From: an uncultured Acidobacteriota bacterium
GTDB taxonomy: Bacteria; Acidobacteriota; Thermoanaerobaculia; UBA5066
Direction: 5' to 3'
Length of the DNA: 64,000 bases
NCBI GenBank assembly: GCA_963779415.1
Contig: CAVZYA010000002.1
Location: forward strand, 352,001-416,000
The notes under the pieces are model-generated. The model ran no database searches, was not told the origin of the DNA, and was given only the letters and a program-made list of their open reading frames with translations. Below are positions 38,256 through 48,603 of this stretch, in pieces. How positions within the stretch are numbered: position 1 is the first letter of the stretch; every line of letters starts with the position of its first letter. A program made the position numbers and the translations under genes.

Positions 38256-38797
38256 GGGAGGGTCTCGATCCGGATCGTGTCGTTCGTGTAGACGTCGATC
38301 GAGGCGGCGATGAGGAGCGCTTCCTTCACGATCGCCGGGGCGTCGAGCCCCGAATGGAGGAGGAGCGCCCGGGCCGCCGCCGCGGCGTACGGCCCCCCCG
38401 AGCCGACAGCGAGGACCCCTTCGTCCGGCGCGATGACATCCCCCGTTCCCGAGAGAAGGAGGGACGTCTTCGCGTCGGCGACGACGAGGAGCGCTTCGAG
38501 CTGCCGGAGCGTCTTTTCCGTCCGCCAGTCCGTGGCGAGCTCCACGGCGGCCCGCTCGAGCTGCCCGTGGAACTCCTCCAGCTTCCGCTCGAAGCGGGTG
38601 AAGAGGGCGACGGCGTCCGCCGTGGAGCCGGCGAAGCCCGCGAGGACCTTCCCGTCCAGGAGCCGGCGGAGCTTCGAGGCGCCGTGCTTGACGACTGTCG
38701 TCCCCATCGTCACCTGCCCGTCGCCTCCGAGCGCGACGCGCCCGTCGCGGCGGACGCAGAGGATGGTCGTGTGTCGGAAGAGAGGTTCCCTGCTCAC
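38252..38797 (-). CDS. hslV: ATP-dependent protease peptidase subunit HslV
   Basis: [31 protein letters not shown]; short N-terminal extension before the catalytic Thr. Confidence 0.97.
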   Translation of the reverse strand: MSREPLFRHTTILCVRRDGRVALGGDGQVTMGTTVVKHGASKLRRLLDGKVLAGFAGSTADAVALFTRFERKLEEFHGQLERAAVELATDWRTEKTLRQLEALLVVADAKTSLLLSGTGDVIAPDEGVLAVGSGGPYAAAAARALLLHSGLDAPAIVKEALLIAASIDVYTNDTIRIETLP

Positions 38798-38825
38798 GGC
38801 GCGAGTCTAGCCGGGAAGGGGCCCG

Positions 38826-39740
38826 TCACTCCCCCCCGGCGCGTGGATGGCTCTTCCGGTAGACCTCGATCAGCCGCTCGGCGTCGAGGTGCGTGTACTT
38901 CTGCGTCGTCGAGAGGGAGGCGTGGCCGAGCATCTCCTGGATGGAGCGGAGGTCGGCCCCGGCAGCGAGGAGGTGGGTCGCGAAGCTGTGCCGGAGGGCG
39001 TGCGGCGAAGCGGCGCGGGTCAGCCCGGCCAGGCGGACGGCGCGCGTGAGGATCCGCCGGACGCTCCGGTCGGTGAGGCGTCCTCCGCCCGGGTTCAGGA
39101 AGAGGGCGTCTGCCTCTCTCCGCGTCTTCGGCCGCGGCCGTTCCCGAAGGTACTCGCGGAGGGCGGAAGCCGCCTTCTCCCCGAACGGGACGATCCGCTC
39201 CTTCTTCCCCTTCCCGAGCGTCCGGAGCTGGCGGGAGGCGAGGTCGACGTCGGGAATGTCGAGCCCGACGAGTTCGGAGACTCGAAGGCCGGTCGCGTAA
39301 AGGAGCTCGAGGAGCGCGCGGTCGCGCGCCGAGAGCGGCTCGTCCCCCTCGTGCGCTTCGACGACGGCCGCGGCTTCGGTCACGGAGAGGGTCCGCGGAA
39401 GCGGCCGCGCCGCGCGAGGGGTCGCGACGGCACGGGCCGGGTTCGAAGAGCCGATCCCTTCGCGCGCGAGGAACCGGAAGAAGGTCCGGAGGGCCGACAG
39501 GTGCCGACCGACGGAAGTCTTCGAGAGGCCCTGCGTCCGGAGATGCGCGAGATACGACCGGACCGCGAGGACGTCGGCCTCCGCCGCCGAGACCGACCCG
39601 GCCGGCCGCGACAGGAACTCGCCGGAGAAGAACTCGGCGAAGCTCCCGACGTCGCGAAGGTACGCGGTCCGCGTGTGCGGGGAGACCCCCCGTTCGTCGC
39701 GGAGATGACGCTCGAAGGCGGCGATCTCGTCGGCCAGCAC
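38826..39740 (-). CDS. xerC: Tyrosine recombinase XerC
   Basis: LYATGLRVSEL, GKGKKER, SPHALRHSFATHLL, MLGHASLSTTQKYTH; GTG start at 39740; lies between trmFO and hslV. Confidence 0.92.
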   Translation of the reverse strand: MLADEIAAFERHLRDERGVSPHTRTAYLRDVGSFAEFFSGEFLSRPAGSVSAAEADVLAVRSYLAHLRTQGLSKTSVGRHLSALRTFFRFLAREGIGSSNPARAVATPRAARPLPRTLSVTEAAAVVEAHEGDEPLSARDRALLELLYATGLRVSELVGLDIPDVDLASRQLRTLGKGKKERIVPFGEKAASALREYLRERPRPKTRREADALFLNPGGGRLTDRSVRRILTRAVRLAGLTRAASPHALRHSFATHLLAAGADLRSIQEMLGHASLSTTQKYTHLDAERLIEVYRKSHPRAGGE

Positions 39741-39757
39741 GCCTCTATTGTGCGGCT

Positions 39758-41119
39758 CTATCGCGTCTGTCGCGTCGCGTTGGCGCCAAGGGCGGCATCG
39801 GCCCACGCCCCGATCTTCCCGAGTGCGGTCCGGACGAGAAGCTCGCGCCGTGCCCCCTTGTCCCGTATCTTCGGAACGTCCTCGTCGTCCATCAGGCCGA
39901 AAGTGACGTTCGCCGGCGTGTAGTCGTTCTCGCGCGGCGCCGAGACGTGCCGGGCGAGCGACCCGAGCGCCGTGGCGTACGGGACCAGCAGCGGCTCCTT
40001 TCCTTCGAGGAGCTGCGCCAGCGTCGCGCCGACCATCAGCCCCGTCGCCGCGCTCTCGAGGTACCCCTCCACCCCGGTCAGCTGTCCGGCGAAGAAGACG
40101 TTCGGATCTCTCTTCCACCGGAAGAGCGGGTCGAGGTGGGCCGGCCCGTTGATGTAGGTGTTCCGGTGGAGCTGCCCGTACCGGACGAAGAGGGCCTCCG
40201 GGAGGCCGGGAAGCGTCCGGAAGATCCGCCGCTGCTCCCCCTGTTTCAGCTTCGTCTGGAAGCCGACGAGGTTCCAGTGCTCGCGCGCGAGGTCGTCCTG
40301 CCGGAGCTGGACCACCGCGTACGGCTCGCGCCCTGTCACCGGGTCCCGGAGGCCGAAGGGCTTCATCGGCCCGTGACGCAGCGTCTCAATCCCCCGCTCG
40401 GCCATCGCCTCGATCGGCAGGCACCCTTCGAAGTAGACCGCCCTCTCGAAGTCATGGAAGGGAACCTTCTCGCCGGCGAGGAGCTCCTTCACGAAGGACT
40501 CGTACTCCGCCTTCGAGAGCGGGATGTTCAGGTAGTCGTCGCCGCCTCCTTTTCCCCAGCGGCTCGCGGCGAAGAGTTTCGTTGGGTCGAGCGACGAGGC
40601 CTCCACGACCGGTGCGACGGAATCGTAGAAGTAGAGGTAGCTGTCTCCCAGCGCTTCCTTCAACGACGATGCAAGCGATTCCGAGGTGAGCGGCCCCGTC
40701 GCGACGACGACGTATCCGCCACCGGAGCGCACCTCCTCGAGAGCCCCGACCTCCGCCCGGACGAGGTCGATCTCCGCCCTCCCGGCGACCCGGCGGGTCA
40801 CCCCCTCGGCGAAGATCCCCCGGTCGACGGCGAGGGCGTCACCGGCCGGGACGGCGGCCCGGCGGGCCTCCTCGAGGATCACGCTCCCGACGATCTCCAT
40901 CTCGCGCTTCAGAAGGCCGACGGCGTTCTGGGGATTGTCGGATCGGAAGGAGTTCGAGCAGACCATCTCGGCCAGCCGGTCCGTCGCGTGGGCCTCGGTC
41001 TTCCGGATGGGGCGCATCTCGACGAGCCGGACCCGGTGCCGGCGCCTCGCGAGCTGCCACGCGCACTCCACCCCGGCGAAGCCGCCGCCGACGACCGTGA
41101 CGAGGGGAGTCTCCGGCAT
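39758..41119 (-). CDS. trmFO: Folate/FAD-dependent tRNA m5U54 methyltransferase
   Basis: GGGFAGVECAWQLA, EMVCSNSFR, YFEGCLPIE, GPMKP, FAGQLTGVEGYLES. Confidence 0.96.
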   Translation of the reverse strand: MPETPLVTVVGGGFAGVECAWQLARRRHRVRLVEMRPIRKTEAHATDRLAEMVCSNSFRSDNPQNAVGLLKREMEIVGSVILEEARRAAVPAGDALAVDRGIFAEGVTRRVAGRAEIDLVRAEVGALEEVRSGGGYVVVATGPLTSESLASSLKEALGDSYLYFYDSVAPVVEASSLDPTKLFAASRWGKGGGDDYLNIPLSKAEYESFVKELLAGEKVPFHDFERAVYFEGCLPIEAMAERGIETLRHGPMKPFGLRDPVTGREPYAVVQLRQDDLAREHWNLVGFQTKLKQGEQRRIFRTLPGLPEALFVRYGQLHRNTYINGPAHLDPLFRWKRDPNVFFAGQLTGVEGYLESAATGLMVGATLAQLLEGKEPLLVPYATALGSLARHVSAPRENDYTPANVTFGLMDDEDVPKIRDKGARRELLVRTALGKIGAWADAALGANATRQTR

Positions 41120-41158
41120 GGGCCGGTGATTCTAAGAGGAGCGGGAGAGAATCCCGCC

Positions 41159-41869
41159 GTGACGTTCGAGGAGAGGCACTACGGGCGGGAGTACTTCGAG
41201 CGGCTTCACCCGGATCACTGGTTCAGGAACCCGCCGCGAAAATACACGGAGCGGAACCGGGATGCCCTCCGCGTCGTCGCGCCGCGGCCGGAGGACCGGA
41301 TCCTCGAGCTCGGGTCGGCCCGCGGGGACGTCACCTTTCTTCTCGCGGACAAGGCCCGGGAGATCGTCGGTCTCGACGCTTCCGACGAGGCGCTCGGCAT
41401 GGCCGAGGCCGGGCGGAGCCGCCGGGGCCTTTCGAATGTCCGGTTCGTGAAAGGGGACGTCGCGGATCTCTCGATCTTCCCAGACCGCTCCTTCGACGCG
41501 GTCGCGGCGATCGACCTCGTCGAGCACGTAGACGATGCGACGCTCGCGTCGATGCTCCAAGAGACGAGGCGCGTTCTCGTCCCGGGGGGGCGGCTCGGGA
41601 TCTACACCCCCGACCGGGCGCACTACGTGGAGAGGCTGAAGGCGCACGATTTCGTTCTCTCGCAGTTTCCGGAGCACATCGCCGTCCGGCGGGTCGATGA
41701 ATACGTCCGGTTTCTCGCGGCGGCAGGATTCGAAATCGACCTCCTCGACTGGTCCGTCTCCCCCTTCCCCGTCGTCCGGTGGATCGAGAAGGCGCTCGCC
41801 CCCCTCCCGCTCGTCGGAGAGACGTTTCGCTACCGGATCCTGATCCGCGCGGTAGCCTCTCCGGCATGA
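41159..41869 (+). CDS. Class I SAM-dependent methyltransferase
   Basis: ILELGSARG, VGLDAS, FDAVAAIDLVEHV, RVLVPGG; GTG start at 41159. Confidence 0.88.
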   Translation: MTFEERHYGREYFERLHPDHWFRNPPRKYTERNRDALRVVAPRPEDRILELGSARGDVTFLLADKAREIVGLDASDEALGMAEAGRSRRGLSNVRFVKGDVADLSIFPDRSFDAVAAIDLVEHVDDATLASMLQETRRVLVPGGRLGIYTPDRAHYVERLKAHDFVLSQFPEHIAVRRVDEYVRFLAAAGFEIDLLDWSVSPFPVVRWIEKALAPLPLVGETFRYRILIRAVASPA

Positions 41870-42765
41870 AGGTCGACTTCGTCACTTGCGACGTCTTCAC
41901 GAGCCGTTCCTTCGCCGGCAACCCGCTCCTCGTCGTCCCCGATGCGCGCGGCCTTTCCACGGCGCAGATGCAGGCCGTCGCGCGCGAGATCAACTACTCG
42001 GAGTCGACGTTCGTCCTCCCCCCCGACGACCCCCGCCACGCCTACCGGCAGAGGACCTTCGTCCCGTTCAAAGAGATCCCCTACGCCGGGCACCCGACGG
42101 TCGGGACCGCCGTCGTGATGGCGGCGCTCGGAAGGATCGGGGCCCATGGCGAAGAGCAGATCGAAATCGAGGTCGGCTTCGGCCCGCTCGCCCTCGAGCT
42201 GATCCGCGAAGAGGGCTCCGTCCGGCGCGTCCGGATGACTCAAGGGAGGCCGGCATGGGAGGCTCTGCTTCGGGACGGCGCTTCACGAACGCGCGCGGCC
42301 GCGGCGATCGGCCTTCCGGAGGGCGGTCTTCATCCGGACCTCCCGGTGCAGGTCGTCTCGACCGGAAACCGGACGCTCGTCCTCCCGCTTTGCGACGTCG
42401 CCTCCGTCTCCGCCGCCGTCGCCGACGTCCGCGCGCTCGTTCTTCTCGAGAAGGAGCTCGACGTTCTCATCGCCTATTTCTTCGCCTTCGACAAGGGGAG
42501 GATCCGTGCCCGCGCGTTCTGCCCGGGCGCGGGGGTTCCGGAGGACCCGGCCACCGGCTCGGCCGCCGGCCCGCTCGGCGTCTACCTCGCCCTCCACGAT
42601 GCGCTCCCCGGAGGCTCGCCGCGCTTTTTCATCGATCAGGGGATCGAGATGGGGCGCCCGTCGGAGATCGAGGTGACCGTGGAGCGGGACGGAAGCGGCC
42701 TCCCTTCCGGGGTCCGCGTGGCCGGGAGCGCGGTTCTCATGATGCACGGGATTCTCGAGCTCTGA
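41866..42765 (+). CDS. PhzF-family isomerase
   Basis: DVFTSRSFAGNPL, NYSESTF, EIPYAGHPTVG, EDPATGSA, QGIEMGRPS. Confidence 0.93.
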   Translation: MKVDFVTCDVFTSRSFAGNPLLVVPDARGLSTAQMQAVAREINYSESTFVLPPDDPRHAYRQRTFVPFKEIPYAGHPTVGTAVVMAALGRIGAHGEEQIEIEVGFGPLALELIREEGSVRRVRMTQGRPAWEALLRDGASRTRAAAAIGLPEGGLHPDLPVQVVSTGNRTLVLPLCDVASVSAAVADVRALVLLEKELDVLIAYFFAFDKGRIRARAFCPGAGVPEDPATGSAAGPLGVYLALHDALPGGSPRFFIDQGIEMGRPSEIEVTVERDGSGLPSGVRVAGSAVLMMHGILEL

Positions 42766-42861
42766 GAGGAGTCGGCCTTCCCTGATCGGGAACACCGCGG
42801 AACGCGAGTCGTTCCTTTCCGACCCGGTTCCCCCTTCAGCTCTCGAGCTTCACGATGCGCG

Positions 42862-43575
42862 TCATTTCCCGAAGACTTCCTTCAGGAGCGTGGTGACGCG
42901 CGCCGCGGGGTCTTTGCGAATCTTGCGTTCCTCCTCGCCGATCGTCAGGAAGAGTCCGTCGAGGGCCTTCCCGACGACGTACTGGTTCAGGTCGAACGAC
43001 GGGACATTCACGAACGGGAGAGACTGCGCGCGGCCCAGAAGCTCGTTGTACTGACGCGTGACACCGACCTCGTCCATCGATTTCTTCACCACGGGCAGGA
43101 ACGTCTCGGTGAGCTTCCCGGTGGTCTTTTCCTTGAAGTAGTCGGTGGCGGCCGTCTCGCCTCCCGAGAGGATCTTCCGGGCGTCGTCGAAGCTCATCTC
43201 TTTGATGGCGCCCCAGAAGATCTCCTTGGCGGCCGGAGCGGCTTTCTCCGCGGCCCGGTTCATGCTGAGAACGAACTCGTCGATCTGCGGGCCGTAGCCG
43301 ACCGTGCGCAGGCCTTTCTCCACGGTCGCGAGCTGCTTTGGCATCAGGATCTTGATGGCCTCGTTCTTGAAGTAGCCGTCGGTCTTTCCCGTCAGGCTGA
43401 CGGCACTGCCGGTGCTGATCTTCAGCGCCTCCTTCAGCCCGGAAGCAATCTTCTCGCTGCTGAGCTGGGACTTGTCTCCGAGGCCGAGGCGATTCGTGAC
43501 GTCTTCGATCTGCGCGGCAACCGGGCGGCCGATGAGGATGAGGGTGGAGGTCGTGAGAACGAGGAGAATCCGCAT
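42862..43575 (-). CDS. DUF4197 family exported protein
   Basis: [44 protein letters not shown]. Confidence 0.92.
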   Translation of the reverse strand: MRILLVLTTSTLILIGRPVAAQIEDVTNRLGLGDKSQLSSEKIASGLKEALKISTGSAVSLTGKTDGYFKNEAIKILMPKQLATVEKGLRTVGYGPQIDEFVLSMNRAAEKAAPAAKEIFWGAIKEMSFDDARKILSGGETAATDYFKEKTTGKLTETFLPVVKKSMDEVGVTRQYNELLGRAQSLPFVNVPSFDLNQYVVGKALDGLFLTIGEEERKIRKDPAARVTTLLKEVFGK

Positions 43576-43714
43576 GGGCGTTGTCCTCCAAAAAGATCAT
43601 ATGGCCGATTCCCGCCAGCTGCTCGAGGCCCGGGGAGAGGTTGCGGAGGACGCCGTCCTGATGATGCAGGGGCATCTCGAAGTCTGAGGCGGCCCGCTTC
43701 TAGACTCGTCGCCG

Positions 43715-44454
43715 ATGAGCGTCCCCCCCTGATCGGCATCACGTCCGGCACCGAGCCGGTCCTCCCCGGTTTCTACATCCTCCGGCACGACTACGTCCGG
43801 GCCGTCGAGCTTTCCGGCGGCGTCCCTCTCGTCCTCGCCCCGGCCGGCGCCGCGCTCCACCCGGCGCTCCTCTCGAAGCTGGACGGCCTCGTCCTGACGG
43901 GGGGGATCGACGTGACGCCCCTCCTCTACGGCGAGGCGGCGAAGAGGACCGTCACCGACACGAGCGCCGAGCGGGACGAGTTCGAGGTGAAGCTCGTCCT
44001 GGCGGCGCTCGCGCACGGCCTTCCGATCCTTGCCATCTGTCGCGGGATGCAGCTTCTGAACGTCGCCCTCGGCGGGACGCTCGTCCAGGACATCCGGTCG
44101 GAGACCGGCTCGGGAGTCCGCCACGACGACTTCGCGCGGCCACGGACCGACGTCGCGCACACGGTCTCGATCCGGCGCGGCTCCCGGCTTCACGCCCTCC
44201 TCGGGCTCGACGAGGTGGAGGTGAACAGCCTTCACCATCAGGCGGTCGACCGCCTCGCGACCCCGCTCGTCGCCGCGGCTTTTGCCCCCGACGGGCTCAT
44301 CGAGGCGGTGGAAATCCCCGAAGAGCGTTTCGTCCTCGGCGTCCAGTGGCACCCCGAAGCGTGGTGGCGCGAAGGGCGCTTCGGAGCCCTCTTCCGGGCG
44401 CTCACCCGCGCTGCCGAAGCAGAGCCCGCCCCCCGCGTCGCCGCGTCCCGCTGA
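43715..44454 (+). CDS. Gamma-glutamyl-gamma-aminobutyrate hydrolase (peptidase C26), apparent 1-nt frameshift just after the ATG
   Basis: Body frame PLIGIT...DGLVLTGGIDV, AICRGMQ, VNSLHHQ, GVQWHPE. The ATG at 43715 is out of frame with the body, across a C7 run. Confidence 0.85.
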
Positions 44455-44466
44455 ACGGAACGGGCG

Positions 44467-44901
44467 CTACTTCGTCTCGAGCACCTTCGCCACCCGCTCG
44501 CGATAGATCCCGAAGAGCCGGCGGCCGACGGCCGTCTCCTTCGAGACCCACTCGGCGTTCTGGAAGGCCATCGGGGAGTATTCGCGGCGGAGCGCCTCGA
44601 GATGGGGCGCCATACGGGCGAAGAGGAAGAGTCCCTCGCCGCTCGACTCCATGAAGTAGTCGGGGTTCACGATGCCGTGCTTCACGACGCCGTAGACCAT
44701 CTCCCAGTAGGTGGAGACCTGCCGGAAAGGAGCGTTGAGCGGGTGGTCGGGCTTCAGGACGGCGGCGATCTCGTCGTAGCTCTTCGGCCAGAACTTCTGG
44801 AGGATCGCCGCTCGCGACTCGCGCATGAGGCCCTCGCGGCGGAGGTCGTAGGCCCGGAAGGCCAGCTCGGCGTCGTGGTGGTCGGGGGCTTTCGTCTTCA
44901 T
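44467..44901 (-). CDS. Conserved-looking hypothetical helical protein
   Basis: MKTKAPDHHDAELAFRAYDLRREGLMRESR...RQVSTYWEM; ATGA overlap with the topA stop. Confidence 0.75.
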   Translation of the reverse strand: MKTKAPDHHDAELAFRAYDLRREGLMRESRAAILQKFWPKSYDEIAAVLKPDHPLNAPFRQVSTYWEMVYGVVKHGIVNPDYFMESSGEGLFLFARMAPHLEALRREYSPMAFQNAEWVSKETAVGRRLFGIYRERVAKVLETK

Positions 44902-47582
44902 CCGGATCCGCCTTTCTTCCTTCGCGATCTTTCGCCCGTACGCTTCGGCGCGCGGCGGCGGGTGTTTCCCGAAGCCGGGACGGCGGCCGCGGCGGCGGCC
45001 TCCGCAGCCGCGGCCAGCGCGCCGTCGGGGATCTTCGTGACCGGCGCGAAGAGATCGAGGTCCCCGGCCGGAGAATCGAAGCCGCACCCTTCCCGCTCGC
45101 AGACGAGGAAGGCGCCCGCTTTCCGGTCGCGGACGAGGAGATACGGTGCGCCGCAGGCGGGACACGCCTTCGGGACGGGGCGCGCCCGGAAGTTCTTCGG
45201 GCAGGAGGGATAGTTCGAGCAGCCGTAGAAGGGGCCGAATCGCCCGCGCCGGACGAGGATCTCCCCCTTCCGGCACTCCGGGCAGGTCACGCCGGTGGTC
45301 GTCACGGGCTTGGGCGGGCGGTACCGGCAGGCCGGCCACCCCGAGCAGGCGACGTAGTCGCCGTAACGGCCGTGCTTGGTGACGAGGGGCTTTCCACAGA
45401 CGGGACAGCCTTCCCCGGTCGGAACGTCGGGGCGCGCCTCCGCCTTTCCCCCGGCGACCTTGACGGGGACCGTGTTGCGGCAGGCCGGATAGGCGGTGCA
45501 GCCGAGGAACGCCGAGCCGCTCCGACCCGTCCGGAGCTTCATCGGGCTGCCGCACTCCTCGCAGGTCTGCCCCTCGACGTCGCCCGTGTCGATCGGGTCC
45601 TCCTCGATCTCCGGGATGTCGAGCGTGAAATCGCACTTCGGGTAGCCGCCGCACGCGATGAAGAGCCCCGCTTTTCCCATCCGGAGCTTCAGCGGGTGGC
45701 CGCTCTTCGGACAGGTGTCGCCCGGGCCTTCCGGAAGGCGGAAGTGGACGAAGAGCTTCCGGACGTCGGAAAGTGGAAGGCCGGCCTTGATCGAGACCAT
45801 CTTCTTCTTCGCCCGATCCCGGTCCTTCACGAACTTTCCGTCGAACTCCGCGAGGGCCTTGCGCCAGTCGAGGCTCCCCGCCTCGACCTCGTCCAGCTCC
45901 TCCTCCATCCGCGCCGTGTAGCCCGTGTCGAAGAACTCCTCGAACCCCTCGAGCATCAGGTCGATGACGAGCCGGCCGAGAGGCGTCGGGATGAAGCGAC
46001 GCTCCTTCTTCCGCGCGTACTCGCGATCCTCGATCTTCCGGAGGATCTCCGCGTAGGTGGAGGGGCGGCCGATGCCGTTCTCCTCGAGGAACTTCACGAG
46101 CGAGGCTTCGTTGAACCGGGGGGGGGGCTGCGTCTCGTGCGCCTCGGCCGCCGCCGAGACGAGGGCGAGAGGGTCCCCTTCGACGATCTGCGGAAGCCGG
46201 GTCTTCCCCTCCGTGCCTTCCTCTCCGTTCCCGTTTCCGCCGCCGTTTCCCTCCTCGGGCGTCTCGTCGTCGGCCGTCTCGCCATGCGCGCGGAGCCATC
46301 CCGGGTCGCGGAGGACCGAGCCCGTCGCGCGGAGGAGCGCCGAATCCGCCCCCCCTTTCTCGCGCGAGGCGATCTCCACGGTCGTGACCTCCGAGACGGA
46401 GGAACTCATCTGCGAGGAGACGAAGCGGGTCCAGATCAGCCGGTAGAGTTTCAGCTCATCAGCCGAGAGATGGCGGGCGACGGCTTCCGGTGGGAGGTCC
46501 ATGGAGGTGGGGCGGATCGCCTCGTGGGCGTCCTGAACGCCCTTCTTCTGCCGGAAGCGGCGCACCTCCGGATTCACGGCGCCATCGCCCCAGGTCCGAC
46601 CTATGTATTCGCGGACCGAGGCGAGAGCCTCCTCGGCCGTCCGCGTCGAGTCGGTCCGCATGTAGGTGATGAGGCCGACCGAACCGCGCTCCCCGAGCGT
46701 CCTTCCTTCGTAGAGCCGCTGCGCCACCTGCATCGTCCGCCGGACGGTGAAGCCGAGGACGCGCGCGGCGGCCTGCTGGAGTCTGGAGGTCGTGAACGGC
46801 GGAGGGGGCGAGGAGCGGCGCTCCTTCGCCTCGACCGAGACGACGCGGAGATCGGCGCGGCGGAGATGGGCGACGACCTCCTCCGCGGCTCCGGCGGTCG
46901 AGAGGCACGGGTCGGTCCCGTCGAACTTCAGCCTCTCGCCTCTCCAGAGGGCGACGCGGGCCGGGAAGGCGGCCTCCCCTTTCTGCAGCGTGACGGGAAC
47001 CGAGAAATAGGGGACGGCGACGAACTTCTCCCGCTCGGTCTCGCGCTCGACGAGGATCCGGAGGGCGACCGTCTGGACCCTCCCCGCCGAGAGCCCCCGC
47101 CAGACCTTCGACCAGAGGAGGTCCGAGACCTCATAACCGACGAGCCGGTCGATGATCCGGCGGGCCTGCTGCGCGCCGACGCGGTTCACGTCGATCGTCC
47201 GGGGGCTGGCGACGGCACGCGTGACGGCGGACTTCGTGATCTCCTGGAACTCGGCGCGGCGGAACCGGGCCGACGGAAGGGTCCCGAGAAGGACCTCGCG
47301 CAGGTGCCAGCAGATCGCCTCCCCTTCGCGGTCGGGGTCGGCCGCGAGATAGACGATCTCCGCCCCCTTCGCGGCCTTCTTCAGCTCGGCGAGGACCCGC
47401 TCCTTCCCGGGAAGGACCTCGTAGACCGGCTCATACCCGTTCTCCCGGTCTACGGAGATCCCCTTTTTCGGCAGGTCGCGGACGTGGCCGTAGCAGGCGC
47501 GGACCGTGTAGTCCTTCCCGAGGAACTTGGCGAGAGTCTCGGCCTTCGCGGGCGATTCGACGATCACGAGTGACTTGGCCAT
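44898..47582 (-). CDS. topA: DNA topoisomerase I with C-terminal Zn ribbons
   Basis: MAKSLVIVESPAKA, ADPDREGEAI, SAGRVQ, LITYMRTDS, AHEAIRPT, GIGRPSTYA, several CxxC ribbons. Confidence 0.97.
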   Translation of the reverse strand: MAKSLVIVESPAKAETLAKFLGKDYTVRACYGHVRDLPKKGISVDRENGYEPVYEVLPGKERVLAELKKAAKGAEIVYLAADPDREGEAICWHLREVLLGTLPSARFRRAEFQEITKSAVTRAVASPRTIDVNRVGAQQARRIIDRLVGYEVSDLLWSKVWRGLSAGRVQTVALRILVERETEREKFVAVPYFSVPVTLQKGEAAFPARVALWRGERLKFDGTDPCLSTAGAAEEVVAHLRRADLRVVSVEAKERRSSPPPPFTTSRLQQAAARVLGFTVRRTMQVAQRLYEGRTLGERGSVGLITYMRTDSTRTAEEALASVREYIGRTWGDGAVNPEVRRFRQKKGVQDAHEAIRPTSMDLPPEAVARHLSADELKLYRLIWTRFVSSQMSSSVSEVTTVEIASREKGGADSALLRATGSVLRDPGWLRAHGETADDETPEEGNGGGNGNGEEGTEGKTRLPQIVEGDPLALVSAAAEAHETQPPPRFNEASLVKFLEENGIGRPSTYAEILRKIEDREYARKKERRFIPTPLGRLVIDLMLEGFEEFFDTGYTARMEEELDEVEAGSLDWRKALAEFDGKFVKDRDRAKKKMVSIKAGLPLSDVRKLFVHFRLPEGPGDTCPKSGHPLKLRMGKAGLFIACGGYPKCDFTLDIPEIEEDPIDTGDVEGQTCEECGSPMKLRTGRSGSAFLGCTAYPACRNTVPVKVAGGKAEARPDVPTGEGCPVCGKPLVTKHGRYGDYVACSGWPACRYRPPKPVTTTGVTCPECRKGEILVRRGRFGPFYGCSNYPSCPKNFRARPVPKACPACGAPYLLVRDRKAGAFLVCEREGCGFDSPAGDLDLFAPVTKIPDGALAAAAEAAAAAAVPASGNTRRRAPKRTGERSRRKKGGSG

Positions 47583-47607
47583 GAAGCGGATTACGATGCC
47601 ACGCCTG

Positions 47608-48549
47608 TCAAGCCCGGCCGGCGAGACGGACGAAGAGGGCCCCCGGCAGAGCGGTCGCGAGCCCATCCAGCTCGAGGCGGACGAGCGCCGACGAGAGGCG
47701 CGCGGCAGAGAGCTTCGTGGCCTCGACGAGGGCGTCCGTATCGCGCGGCTCCGACGAGTCGAGTGCGGCGAGGACGGCCGCCGCATCCGGGTCGAGGTCG
47801 GGGGGCGGCGCTGCGGCCTTCAGCCCCGTCCGGGTCGCCGGGCGGAGAAGGGCCGGGGACTCCAGCTCCGCCAGAACGTCCTCCACATCCCTCACGAGTA
47901 TCGCCCCGTCCTTCAGGAGGGCGTTCGTCCCGGCGCACCCTTCCGTCCGGATCGGGCCGGGCACCGCCGCCACGTCCCGCCCGAAATCGGCGGCGAACCG
48001 CGCCGTGATCAGAGAGCCGCTCTTTTCCGCCGCCTCGACGACGAGGACGAGGCGCGACAGCCCGGCGATGATCCGGTTCCGGATCGGAAAGTAGTAGGGG
48101 AGCGGGGGCTCGCCCGGATCGAACTCGGAGAGCGCCGTCCCCGCCGCCACGAGCTCTTTCAGGAGGTCGCGGTGCTCGGGGGGATAGCAGACGTCGAGCC
48201 CGCAGCCGAAGACGGCGACCGTCCGTCCTCCCGCCTCCAGCGCTCCGCGGTGCGCCGCCGCGTCGATCCCGCGGGCGAATCCCGAGACGATGGTCACGCC
48301 GGCTCCGGCGAGGCCTGCCGCGAGCTCCCGCGCCGCGGCGAGTCCCACCCGCGAGGCACGGCGCGCCCCGACGACCGCGACGGCGGGTGCGGCCGTGAGC
48401 GGCGCCCCGAGCGCCCAGAGGCGCTTCGGGGGGCGGGGGATCTCGCACAGGAGCGCGGGGTATTCCGCATCGCCCGGATGGATCTCTCTCCCCCCGCGTC
48501 CCCGGAGGGCTTCTTCCCGCTCGCGTGCTCCCGAGAAAACGTCTCTCAT
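47608..48549 (-). CDS. dprA: DNA-processing protein DprA
   Basis: VAVVGARRAS, IVSGFARGIDAAAH, FPIRNRIIAGLS, KSGSLITA, C-terminal winged helix. Confidence 0.95.
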   Translation of the reverse strand: MRDVFSGAREREEALRGRGGREIHPGDAEYPALLCEIPRPPKRLWALGAPLTAAPAVAVVGARRASRVGLAAARELAAGLAGAGVTIVSGFARGIDAAAHRGALEAGGRTVAVFGCGLDVCYPPEHRDLLKELVAAGTALSEFDPGEPPLPYYFPIRNRIIAGLSRLVLVVEAAEKSGSLITARFAADFGRDVAAVPGPIRTEGCAGTNALLKDGAILVRDVEDVLAELESPALLRPATRTGLKAAAPPPDLDPDAAAVLAALDSSEPRDTDALVEATKLSAARLSSALVRLELDGLATALPGALFVRLAGRA

Positions 48550-48603
48550 CCGGATCGTCTGGCGGCCCCGTCTCCGGGCCGGAGAAAAATCGCCGTGACT
48601 ATA

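Noticed and set aside
38826-39740. Tyrosine recombinase as a prophage or island integrase
   Set aside because: Sequence and trmFO/hslV context match housekeeping XerC.
46118-46127. G10 run in topA as a phase-variable tract
   Set aside because: In frame, encoding the conserved QPPPRF motif of an essential gene.
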